Positions 1 through 10,646 of a stretch of 25,467 nt of DNA are shown one piece after another. This stretch comes from Ginkgo biloba (lineage: Eukaryota; Plantae; Ginkgophyta). The translations under genes were made by a program, and so were the position numbers. The stretch lies in assembly GCA_024626585.2 (NCBI GenBank), contig JANKJI020000002.1, positions 228,261,484 through 228,286,950 of the forward strand, read 5' to 3'. The stretch's first letter is position 1; the number at the start of each line of letters is the position of its first letter. Under the pieces are notes generated by a model, which saw only the letters and a program-made list of their open reading frames with translations, did no database searches and was not told the origin of the DNA.

Positions 1-284
1 ACCCTCCAACTAATTTCACAATTCCCTTATGTTAACACCTTATTTTAAGCACTCATACAATTTTCAAGATTATATTCATGGTTTCAAAGACACACTTTGG
101 AAGTTCTGAAAGAAACAAAATGTGCACCAATCCTTTTTATTCATGAGGGGCATGTTACAATAATAATATCAAGAATGGATATTTCTAAAGAAACTCTTTT
201 GTGTGGCCTAAATGAACCTCGTATGGACAAGAGGAGATTATTATAGCATGGAAAAGACCCCTTATTTTATAAAAAGATGAATTC

Positions 285-1204
285 CAAAAAGGACATATCT
301 AAAAAGGGAGACCCCATGTGGAGATCTATTAGGGTTTCACAAGTGAGCCTCCTTACCGATGGAGCTTCTTTGCTTCCCCTAACTCATGAAGAGTTAAGAA
401 ATATTGTTAGAAGAGTCATCATCCTTGCTACATATGGGGGAGCATGGGAGGACCATCTTGGTGTGAGGAGGCTATGGAAAATTCCCTATTTTAATCCTTG
501 GAAGAACTTGTCCCCTATTTCCATCCTCTCTCTGATGGCAATTTAGTGCTCATCCCCTATTCCCGTCCTCTCTTTGATGGTGGTTTGGTATTATCTTACT
601 TCTCAAGTGGTTGTTTCCATATGCTCCAGTGGTGGTAGTGTCTTTAATTCTCTATTGGATACTATCCTCATAAGGTTATGGAAGTTAGGGTCTATTCTTC
701 CTATGGATATGGTGATGGTTCCCTACTCTTGTGACTTTAACTCCCTTCTCCTAATGGTTGTGGCTTCCTTTGGCTTATAGCTAAGTGGAAGGAGGGCATT
801 TTTTATTTTAGGGTTCTCACCTTTAGTGACTATGGTGGGCGCTTTTGTTGTGAAATTTAGTGTTCTATCTTCTCCTAGCATGCTACCATGCAGCTAGGGT
901 GCTTAATGTATGGTGTTTTAGAGGCAGATTCTTCTCTTCTTGCTTGTTCCCACTATTAGGGTTCTTATACCTAGTGTCTAGGGTTTAGTAAATATTTTTT
1001 CTCTCATGGCTCCTTGCATGGTGTCTATTTGACTATTGGCACCCTGTGTGGTGACCATGATTCAATCTACCCTTTGCAGAATTCCTCGCCCTTAGGGTAA
1101 GTTTCTATTGAGGACATTTGGTCTCAAGCCAGGGTTTTGAATGATGTAATTTTTTCAAATCATGCTAATAGAAGAATAAAATAGTTGCAATAAAATATAT
1201 ATAT
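285..1204 (+). mobile_element. 5'-truncated LINE (L1-like) / retroposed insertion
   Basis: Absent from copy 3, where GATGAATTCATCTTGG is contiguous. Flanked by the 8-bp direct repeat ATGAATTC (277-284, 1205-1212). Ends in AATAAA plus an (AT)n tail. The 5' end loosely resembles the HI.RE..CADLL RNase-H-like end of plant LINE ORF2, followed by a long GT-rich 3' UTR. Confidence 0.7.
511..582 (+). repeat. Imperfect ~30-bp direct repeat, 42-bp period, inside the LINE-like insertion
   Basis: tcccctatttccatcctctctctgatggca at 511 and tcccctattcccgtcctctctttgatggtg at 553. Confidence 0.75.
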
Positions 1205-1210
1205 ATGAAT

Positions 1211-2745
1211 TCATCTTGGAATTGAAGCAGCCAAAGTTTGACAATTTCCATCTTCCATGCTAGATGACTATGCTCTCATCAAATTAGAACTTGGAGTACA
1301 GTTTTAAATGTTAAAGTTGATTTTTGGTCTTAGTGAGGATATTAACCATGTCCCCTAATCAATCATATGAGGCCCCTCAATCTTTATTATGATCCCCATA
1401 ATAATAAGTATAGTATGGATTTCCCATTAAAGGGTAAGAGTTCTATTGACTTTCCCTAGATACCAAACCCCTCCATTTTCTCTAATATTTCTAATACCAC
1501 TCCTATAGTATTCCTTACAATGCAAGAACTTGTTGATAGGAATAGCATGACCTACATAGAATAAATGGGCTTGGAAAAAACCCACCTTACCAATGTAACC
1601 ACCTACATTTATCTTTCTAATTTCACTCATCCTACCTCTCTCCCTCATGATAAACTTGAGTAAGGTATATCAAGTCATATTCATCACCTAAATGTAACCA
1701 CTCACATATAGATCATGCACACAACCTATACCCTCCATACTATCCCTCATTCATTTTTATTATCATGTGTTGTACCTAATTGTTACTATCTCTACACCCT
1801 CTCGTTGTTCAAGTATGGTTGCTTTATAGAATATTCCACCAGTGTTCAAGAGATTTTTGGTATCTTCTAAGACATCCCAATGGACCAATCTATGAATAAT
1901 GCATGATATGAATCATGGATCATATGTATTGATATACAGATAATATTAATGAAGGTATATTGTCACTAAATATTAAAGATGCTCGCATGAGTTTGAGTAT
2001 ATCTAGGGTAGGCATGTTGATCGCTAAGTCGACCAGGAAGTGAAGTTTGTACTAGGAAGAAATTTCTCCCTATAAATATTGGTTCCATATCCTAATTAGA
2101 TAAGGATCCCTAAGATAATAAATTCATTATTTCCTAGGTCTCCTCTTACTCCCTAACTTGATTAGGAAAAGACCCAAAAACTAAGACTTTTTTATTTCTC
2201 ACTCAACTAGAAAGTAGTAAGTCACATCAAGATAATATATTTACACACCCCTCCCTAGGTTCTCTCACACACCTTAACTCAATCAGGGATCCAACTATGA
2301 ACCACTACAAGGGATCCACCACTTGTTATAATGATAAGGTGACAATGAGGATTTAAGACCAAAATGATAATGATGCATACGGTGTCTTTTCAAATGCCTA
2401 GATAGAAGATAAATATGAAAACTAGAATGATTGTGTGATAGTGAATTAGTAGTATAAACCCCAAAAAACCATTAATTATCACTATAATCCCTCCTATTAA
2501 TTCTCATATGTGTTTCATTCATCCCTAGTGCTATGCCAAAGAGCCTACCTTATCACTTATAAATATTCCTACTAAGCAAGTTTTATGTCTATGTTCCTAC
2601 CTTATCATGCATCCTTATTTATCCATATCTATGTTCCTACTTCACCAAGTCATTATAATCCATCCAAAATTCTTATTTGATCTTTGTGAGAATCTATAAT
2701 AAGACTAGTCTAATCCCTGCTAATTATTTATGTGAAATTGTGCAT
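1211..2745 (-). pseudogene. ORF-A copy 1: decayed antisense ORF of unknown function within the LTR
   Basis: Minus strand reads ...IINGFLGFILLIHYH...IIIILVLNPH...GVRGD...SCIIHRL...GDEYDL...KDKC.W...GGFFPSPFILCRSCYSY...NSYPLM and is conserved in all three copies. Start and stop are uncertain; an alternative start lies near 2487. Confidence 0.6.
2558..2565 (+). promoter_or_regulatory. Candidate TATA box upstream of ORF-B
   Basis: TATAAATA, also at 6305-6312 in copy 2 (TACAAATA in copy 3), about 240 bp upstream of the ORF-B ATG. Confidence 0.35.
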
Positions 2746-2802
2746 TATAAAAGAACAAAGTGGTCCTAACTATTTTCCTATTCAAAGATTGTGTAGGATA
2801 GC

Positions 2803-3586
2803 ATGAATGCCAGATATGTTTGGGTCACCAAAGTAGTTGAAGACCATTTATACCATTATGATCATGAATGGAAGTTATTCTTTGAAGTGAATGATAATAG
2901 GTAGCACAATCTGGCTTATATAACCTTGTAACAAGCCAAGATACTAGATTATGCATTGGCACCTTAGTTATATCTCATGTATCCTATGGTGATAGAAATG
3001 CTTCATCACCTTGAAGTGGGAGCTTTTTGTTTCCAAGACTGTGTTGTTCCTATTGATGGAGAACTAGTATCAGGGATAACTGGGTTACCCATGGAAGGTG
3101 TAGTTGTTGATCTAAAGAAATAGGCAAAAGGAGTCTATAAAGATTAGGTCGTCTAGAAATTATACTCTAGGTGTAATAAGGTAGATGTATGCAACAAGTC
3201 TAATGAAGGAGCTAAATGGGTTTCTCATATTATAGCTAGGTGATTGGCTTGATGGGATGCCAATACCTATTTGAGCTTGCATTATGCTACTATAACTATA
3301 AGAGTTACAACAAANNNNNNNNNNCTATGTTTAGGCCCCTTGGTTAGATGATAAACTTAAGGAGCACTGCACTTCCTTTCAGATGTTGGGATGCTTGTTT
3401 CTAATGCCTTCTTTGATCACCACCATTTGCATGGAAGCTATGGGGCTTCCTACATGGGTTGATCCAACATCCTAACCATGGTTGAATCTATATGCGTATC
3501 TGTGTATGAAGAAAGATTAGCAAAAGCATAAAACTGTTATGACCCATTTGGAGAACTTCTACACAACTATGTGGTGGCTAAATGAT
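2803..3586 (+). pseudogene. ORF-B copy 1 (N-terminal part): retrotransposon accessory ORF, plant-mobile-domain-like
   Basis: MNARYVWVTKVVEDHLYHYDHEWKLFFEVN...QAKILDYALAP*LYLMYPMV...VVPIDGELVSGITGLPMEG. The same frame is conserved in copy 2 with synonymous changes. Confidence 0.7.
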
Positions 3587-4478
3587 NNNNNNNNNNNNNN
3601 NNNNNNNNNNNNNNNNNNNNNNNNNNNNNNNNNNNNNNNNNNNNNNNNNNNNNNNNNNNNNNNNNNNNNNNNNNNNNNNNNNNNNNGCATAGACTTTCTC
3701 AAAGTATTGAAACTCTACCTTCCCAATACAACAATTCTCATAGAGATATGGAAATATTCATTATTATTAAATATAATATTTTGAGGATTACTACTAGCTT
3801 ATATAGAAGATCCATTCCCTATAAATGAGGTAATGATATTTTGTTAGGATGAATGTATGTTCAACAATAATTTGTTTATAAGAATTAGAAGCAATGGTAT
3901 CCAACCTAGTTTCAACTATTTCCTTCCATTTCCATCTGTCAGTCAACGAGGAGCTGTGACTCAATTGTTTGAGATGGTCACAATCTCACTTGATAGTAGT
4001 CAAATGAAGTGAGTACTCAATCTCAATTGGAAATGGGACAAATTGATTATATTAGGTGTTTATTTTTTGTAAACAGAGGGTGACATTTAATGTTTTAGCA
4101 AGGCTTTCACAACTAATCAATTATTAGGAGAGCCATAATTAGAATCATGAATGATTAGAAGTCCATTTTCCAAATAAGAGCAACAAAATGAAATGCATTT
4201 GCAACCATAGCAACAAGATGTTTCTAGGTTGAGTACCAGCAATGGAGAACGTGATTGCTCCTCATATTTTTTTGTTGATTTTGCAAAAAATGACAACTCT
4301 GAGTTTTGATTGGAACACCATATATCTGAAGGCGAACACATGTATTACTAGTTTTGTCAAACAATGAATGGTTAAATGAACAAGCTAGTATCTGTAGAGG
4401 AGTGACAACAACGTGTGATACACAATGTAATGCTTCATTTTCCAAAAAATAGCACAGTTTGTGTATATAGCGCTGAAT

Positions 4479-4586
4479 TTAACACTAAGCCCTTTGCTCC
4501 ATAAGCACATTATGAGATGCACTTCTTGCAACTTAACACTAAGTCCTTTGCTCCATTAGCACATTATGAGATGCACTTCTTGCAAC
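4479..4586 (+). repeat. Tandem duplication, 2 x 54 bp
   Basis: ttaacactaag(c/t)cctttgctccat(a/t)agcacattatgagatgcacttcttgcaac twice, 2 mismatches. Confidence 0.95.
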
Positions 4587-4949
4587 ATCTTTTACATCCG
4601 CCACACCAATCTTATTGTCTTCCTAAAGTTTGAAGCATCATTAATATTGTTGACACCTTATTTTAAGCACTCATAGAACTTTTAAGATCGGATTCATGAT
4701 TTCACAAACACACTTGGAAGTTCAGGAAGAAATAAAGTATGCATCAAGCCTTGCTATTCATGGAGAGCATGTTACAACAATAATATCAAGAATGGAGCTT
4801 TCCAAAGAAACTCTTTTTATGCGGTTTGAAGTTTCTTTGAGTATATGAACCCGATACAAGAATGAGGATATTATCATAGAATAGAGAAGATTCCAAATTT
4901 TATGGAAGATGAGTNNNNNNNNNNNNNNNNNNNNNNNNNNNNAACTTTG

Positions 4950-6235
4950 ATAACCTCCAACATTCATGTTGGAAGACTATGCTCTTGTCAAGCAAGGAAC
5001 AAGAGCTAACGTCATACATCCTAGTTGTCTTTTTTATTTAGTGAGGGGATGATCCTATCAGAAGCACTAGATTACGTGAAGTGTCAAGGAATGCATCGAA
5101 CATGAGAGGTCTATAATGAAGTCACATCACCCATTCTCATTAAGGGGGAGAAATTATTTATAAGAGAGGTGGTGCCCAAAAATGATATCTCCCATCAGAG
5201 CAAAATAAAGGATGGATTTATCATTAGAGGGTAAGAGTTCCATAGACTCATCCCTCATACTATACCCCTACTTTTGCTTAAATATTTCCAATCCCCCTCC
5301 CTTCATATTCCGTATCATGTTAGAATTTGGTCATAGGAACAACATGACCTATATAGCATAAGTAGGATTAGGGCAAACCTACTCCACCACTGTAATCTCC
5401 CACACTTGTCTTTCGAATTTCACCTTCTCCTTTCTTTCTCTCTATATTCCTAAAGTGCAAAGAATGTATCCTATATCTTTCATATTGTCCTTCGTTAAAC
5501 TTGATTATCTTATGTTGAACTCAACTACTAATACCTCTATTCCCTTTTGTTGGTCGAGCCCTATTGCTTTATATATAAGTTCTCACTAATATTCACAAGC
5601 TTTCTAGCCTTCCAAGATGTTCCCTTGGCCTAGTATTTTAAGTATGCACAAGATACAGCATGACTCATCCGTACTAGGACATATAACAACTTAATTAAGG
5701 TATATTATCATTGAAGACTAAAGATCCTTGCACAAATTTGAGTAACTCCTAGGTAGGCATGGTGATCCCTGGGTCATCTAGGGAATGGTGTCTAAACTAG
5801 GGAGTGGTCAATCCCCAAAAATATTTATGTCATAGTTGAACTAGAGAAGGTTCCCTAAGGAAGGAAAGCCACTACTACCTTGGTCTCCTCTTACTCCCTA
5901 GCTTGATCATGGAGTCATCCACCAACCAAGACATATTTGGTTCTTATTTTGACAGGGAAATGATGAGCCACATCAAGGTAAGGGATTTATATACCCCTTC
6001 GTGGGTTCCCTCTCACTCCTTAACTCAATCAAGGATCTAAACATAAACCAGAATGAGGGATTCATCACTTGATAAAATGGTAAAGTGATAGTGAGGATTA
6101 AATGCTAAAGTAATAATGATGGCTAAGGTGTCTCATTGAATGCCTAATTGACAACTAAAGGCACAATCCAAATCATCCATATAACATTGACTCGCCATCA
6201 CTTTTTCTAAAGAAACCATTAATTATCACTACCAT
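4950..6235 (-). pseudogene. ORF-A copy 2 (most diverged)
   Basis: MVVIINGF...GVRGDQGSSGFPSLGNLL...TQGSPCLPRSYSNLCKDL...KDKCGRLQWW...RSCCSYDQIL...WNSYPLM, with a few frameshifts and many third-position differences versus copies 1 and 3. Confidence 0.6.
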
Positions 6236-6449
6236 CCCCTCTTTTAATGCCCATGCGAGTGCCACTCATCCATAGTGCTATGCCAAAAATCTCACCTTGT
6301 CACTTATAAATATTAAGTTTGCACATATTATACAAAGCAATCTTCTTTGTTTGTGTTTATTTTCCAACTCTATTAAGTCGTTCTAACTCCCCTAAATTCT
6401 TATTTGCTCCTTGTAAGAATTTGTAATAAGTCTAGTCCAAGAGTGTTTA

Positions 6450-9400
6450 GAGCAACATATCTTTTTGGACCACCAAAGTGGTTGAAGACCATTTGGACCA
6501 TTATGATCATGAATTTTATATATTCTATAAATTGAATGAGAACGAGCATCATAATTTGGATTATATATCCTTGCAACAAGCCAGGATACTTGATTATACA
6601 GTGGCACCTCTGTTATATCTCCCATATCCTATGGTGAAATAAATTCCCCATCAATTTAAAGTGGGATAATTATGATTCTAATATAGTATTATTATTCTTG
6701 GTGTATAAATAGTATCAGGAATAACTGGGTTGCTCATAAGATATGCTATAGTTTATTTAAAGGAAGAGGTCAAAGGAGTTAATAAAGATTGGGTCATCCA
6801 AAAATTAGATTCAATAACTATTTGAGATAGCATTAGGCTATCATAATTATAAAATTGACATCAATCCATCTATATGCTTAGGCCCTTTGGTTAGCTAATA
6901 GACTTAAGGAGCACTACACTTCTTCTCAAATGTTGAACCACTCATTTCCAATGCCTTATTTGATCACTACTATTTGCATGAAAGTTATGGGATATCTTGC
7001 ATGGATTGATCCAGCATCCTAGCTCTGGTTGAATCTATACACACATCTACATATAATGAAAGTTCAAGGGAAGGATAAAAAATATATGGCCTATTTTGGA
7101 AACTTCTACACATCTCTATGGTGGTTGAATGATAGATCGTAGAAACTAAAAGGATTCTTTAATATATCGAAAAGAAATGGAGATAACTCCAATGGTAAAA
7201 ATAGTATAATATAACCTATTCCTCTCTATAAGGAATTCCAGATGATAAGAAAATTATTTCATCCTGGCCCCATCTCAGACAGATAGAATATATCATCTAG
7301 GGATTCAAATAAAAATATTAGACTAATTATAACCCCTAAACACAAAGGATTATGGCCATTGATCACCCACTGAATTTCCCAATGGATCAACATAAAATAA
7401 ATATCTTTTTTCACATGAACCCTTTATCCTAGGATTATCACCTCCAAACTTAATAGTGATTTCATTCCTATAATATTAGGAGAATACAATTACTACTGTG
7501 AAATTAAAAGAGACAAAGAAATAATTTTTCTAGGGTTCTAAGTCATCAAAATAGAAACATTTAGAATCTCAGTCTATTTCCTAGGTCCATTCCACTCACA
7601 CTAGAAAAGATGACCATGATAAGAGGAAAGGAGAAGATAAAGGTATATAAAAGAAATAGAAATCAGATAAGGTTAGAGAATAGAAGGCATAATAAGAATG
7701 TTAAAAGGACTCTAGCATCCCATTATTCTACTAATACTTCCAATGATCCTACAACCACATATTCAACACTCAATGTCTCACACAAAGTTATAAAAACCAC
7801 ACCCTTATCTATAAGTCAAATTAATATGTTTTCCCCCACTTCTACTCATCCTATAGTCACCCAAATCCCCTTGACTTAGTGGTATCATGTCTCTTTTAAG
7901 ATAGACCCTTCCTCTGAATCCTCCTCAAATATTATTCTACCCCATGCCCTATAGAAGGTTAAAGAGAAAAGGAAAGGCCACTTCATGCCTATAGTATAAG
8001 TTATCAAAGATACCCTGACCACCCAAGCTACTAGAAGATTAATCTCTAATACAACATAGGAATTAACAATAAGGGTAAGAGACTTAGATCTTGATTTAAT
8101 TCTTTAAGACATCTAATACGACAAGGAAAAAGATTCATAGAAGGATAAGATCAATCTATTACTACATGAGATTAGTGTGTTGGGTATGTTTCCTTTAGAG
8201 GAATGATCCACCCTATCTATAGAATTTCAACCTAACCTCTACCCTCATGTATATATCCTAATATAACAATCATTAGTGTTAAAGGAATCACCCCCAATTC
8301 CTCCCAAAGTACAAACCAAGATAGAATATTTAGAAACTTAGGTTATTAGATTCTAAGGGGAATGTAGCACCATCGAGATGTAACTACAAGAAAAATAAGA
8401 TGTCATTGATGAGATGCATAATAAGGTAAAGAAAAAAGACCAAGACTTCTCTAGTAATATTGATGAGATCTAAAATATGAAGGCAGTCCCTAATTGAATT
8501 ATAACTAATATATAGAAATAGTTATCTTCAGTGAGAGATGATGGTAATGGGATCAAAGGGGAAGTGATTAAAAGCATCAATAAATGTTCAATAGAAGTAC
8601 TATTAATATAGTCCTAGTTGGCAAGGTTGGTATAATTATAAAATCACCTAGTTGTAAAGAAGAAAACTTTAGAAGAGGGTTACTAAGAACTCTTAAGAAT
8701 AATAGACATAGAGAAGTGAGCAAGTAAGGAGGTCACCTGACTCCAATAGAGAAGAGAAATAACATCCCTACAATTGAAGGCTCTAGAAAAAAGGGAAGCT
8801 CATTTTAGTAAATAAATGAAAACCATCCAATTAATCAAGTAAACTCAAAGCCTAATGGATTAGGTCAAATATACCCTAGGGGATACACTAATTTATCAGA
8901 TCCTAATAATCATACATTCAAGAGCTCATCCTACCCATCATCTCTTTTAGGTACTTATCCTAAGAGATGAATCAAGTACAAATGAATATTATGGAAAAAC
9001 AGATTATACCTTCCATGAGCCAGATATCTCATATTCCCCCAAGAACAGATGCAGGTGAAAAGACCCTCAATACTATGGTAATAGAAAAGGACCAAACTCC
9101 CCTAGGTGATATGTCACTTCCCTTAGTGGATCAACTTATTAGGCCAACGAAGGAAGTATATGTACTAAGGAATGATAAAGAGCAAGTAATGATTGTTCCC
9201 TCCAATGAAGTTAAAATGGNNNNNNNNNNTCTTGTCTCCCCCTATAGACTAACCCAAAGAAGAGATTCTTATTTCAACCAAGAAAGAAGTAGAGGCAAGG
9301 AAAACACTTGATACATTAAACATCCCTGATGTTTCCCTCTTAGAAAGTTTATCTTCCCCCATGTGCCCAAGTCCTACTGAGCACTTACTTGAGGATGTGA

Positions 9401-9500
9401 AATCATCAGTGCATCTCTAAAAGAGAAACACTATGGACCCAAAAGGAGATCCCAAAATTATAATAATCATATCCTCCTTAGTGCCTCATATAACCATCCT
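6450..9500 (+). pseudogene. ORF-B copy 2: about 1000-codon accessory ORF (ITGL/PMD-like domain, basic and S/T/P-rich linker, coiled coil)
   Basis: KVVEDHLDHYDHE...QQARILDY...VSGITGL...YA*ALWLANRLKEH...FPMPYLITTICMKVMG. Basic DKRKGEDKG near 7620. About 170 in-frame heptad-like codons at 8305-8870 (KIEYLET*V...LKALEKREAHF) whose stops fit decay of CAA/CAG/CGA. The end is approximate. Confidence 0.7.
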
Positions 9501-9830
9501 CACCTATACCTACTAGATATAGTGCATCTCCCCTAATACAGTATGAGTCATCGATGAGTAAAACTAGTAATGCAGAGCGCTTTGAGAAGTTTTCTCAATT
9601 TCCCCCATAGATATGAATGCATCATTATCATCAAATCTAAATGGAATAATAATTAGAAGAAAAGTCACTCTTTCCATTAGATCCCCTTATAGGATGCATA
9701 CAAAATGATAACATCCATGATAATCATTGTAACCATAACAAGAATCCTCAAGAAACAGTCGTATGCCAACCAGTTGTTGAGAATGGTAATAAATGGTTAT
9801 GACAATTAAGTAACACCTCCGGGTAAAGGC

Positions 9831-9970
9831 TATAAGATGGAAAAAATAAAATGATAAGGGTTTTGAACATTTTGTATGTATGGAAATATATACTTTTGTA
9901 ATTAGGAGTGACTTATTTATAAGCATCACTCTTGGAGTGGGATTATTTTTAGATAATTGAATTTAATAAA
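9831..9970 (+). promoter_or_regulatory. Candidate LTR core promoter and poly(A) signal (U3/R region)
   Basis: TATAAGA at 9831 and AATAAA at 9965, between the end of ORF-B and the inferred LTR end. Motifs only, in AT-rich DNA. Confidence 0.25.
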
Positions 9971-10561
9971 GATTTTAGACTCTCATTTCTAGCTATGTTA
10001 TAATGTAAGCTTGTGAATTCTATCTTCTTATTGAAAGAATTACTTTTCATAATCTGATTCATATGGTTATACTATTGAATTTTAAAGTGAATATCAATTT
10101 GTACATTATCCTTTGTTATTATTCTAATAATTTTTTTTGATTAATATATGAAATGATGTTTATGATTCCCCTTCTTTGCAACTAAAGTAGTCATAAAGTT
10201 ATCCCCACTAGCCTCTATTATGCCTAATCCTTTGCTATTCAATCAAAATCCTAGCCCTTCTGGCATAGTAATTTATGTGGTGAAACTTTCAATTATAACA
10301 TCAAATATTCTTATATTTCTTACTTCTCACATAGATTATCTAGCATGATCCATATCCTGTTTTCTCTTCTTACATATATAGTGTGAATAGTTTTAATTTA
10401 TTTTAATAATTCTTTTGTTCTTTGAAATAAGGGAACTATCCCTCAAATTTTGGAAAGCATTATCTCCTTTTTATTATGTTGAGTTATCCCCTTTCTCTAT
10501 GTTCTAAACAAAATCCTTATAGTTATATTATAAAGGTGCAAACTCAAACATCATAAGTAAT

Positions 10562-10579
10562 TGGTGACCATACTGAAAA
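10562..10579 (+). promoter_or_regulatory. Degenerate primer-binding site (tRNA identity unclear)
   Basis: TGGTGACCATACTGAAAA shortly after ...CAAACA and about 85 bp before the gag-like YTRS start. Loosely resembles the Tat/Ogre TGGCGACTC.GCTGGGGA. Confidence 0.4.
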
Positions 10580-10646
10580 AATCCCAAAGTCTTAGCTAAT
10601 CATTAGTTTAAAATTAAAAAGTGTTAATGATAAAATCACAAGGAGG

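Larger units (their letters stand above)
30..3586 (+). mobile_element. Tat/Ogre-like LTR, copy 1 (cut by N gap; carries a LINE insertion and ORF-A/ORF-B remnants)
   Basis: Begins TGTTAACACCTTATTTTAAGCAC. Colinear with 4648-7133 and 12503-14349. About 82% identity to copy 3 over a hand-aligned 231-nt block (1414-1644 vs 12991-13221). Confidence 0.8.
4648..10550 (+). mobile_element. Tat/Ogre-like 5' LTR, copy 2, about 5.9 kb, containing ORF-A and ORF-B
   Basis: Starts TGTTGACACCTTATTTTAAG with no PPT upstream. Candidate end ...CTCAAACA at 10550 is followed by a PBS-like TGGTGACC and gag. Only 28-N and 10-N gaps lie inside. The right boundary is inferred. Confidence 0.65.

Noticed and set aside
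30-300. Reading TGTTGACACC as the right end of a minus-strand LTR with ORFs in an ordinary 3' region
   Set aside because: Copy 3 is directly preceded by a plus-strand integrase end and PPT, and I found no conserved minus-strand PPT/LTR start.
1427-1648. Track ORF MRERGRMSEIRK... as a gene
   Set aside because: It is an off-frame reading of ORF-A and is not open in the other copies.
2802-2805. CATG palindrome as overlapping start codons of ORF-A and ORF-B
   Set aside because: The minus-strand ATG is not in the frame supported by third-position variation, and that frame has several stops shared by all copies.
4380-4480. Helitron-like Cys motif (TCDTQCNASF...SLC)
   Set aside because: Too short and interrupted; no Rep/helicase motifs or termini seen.
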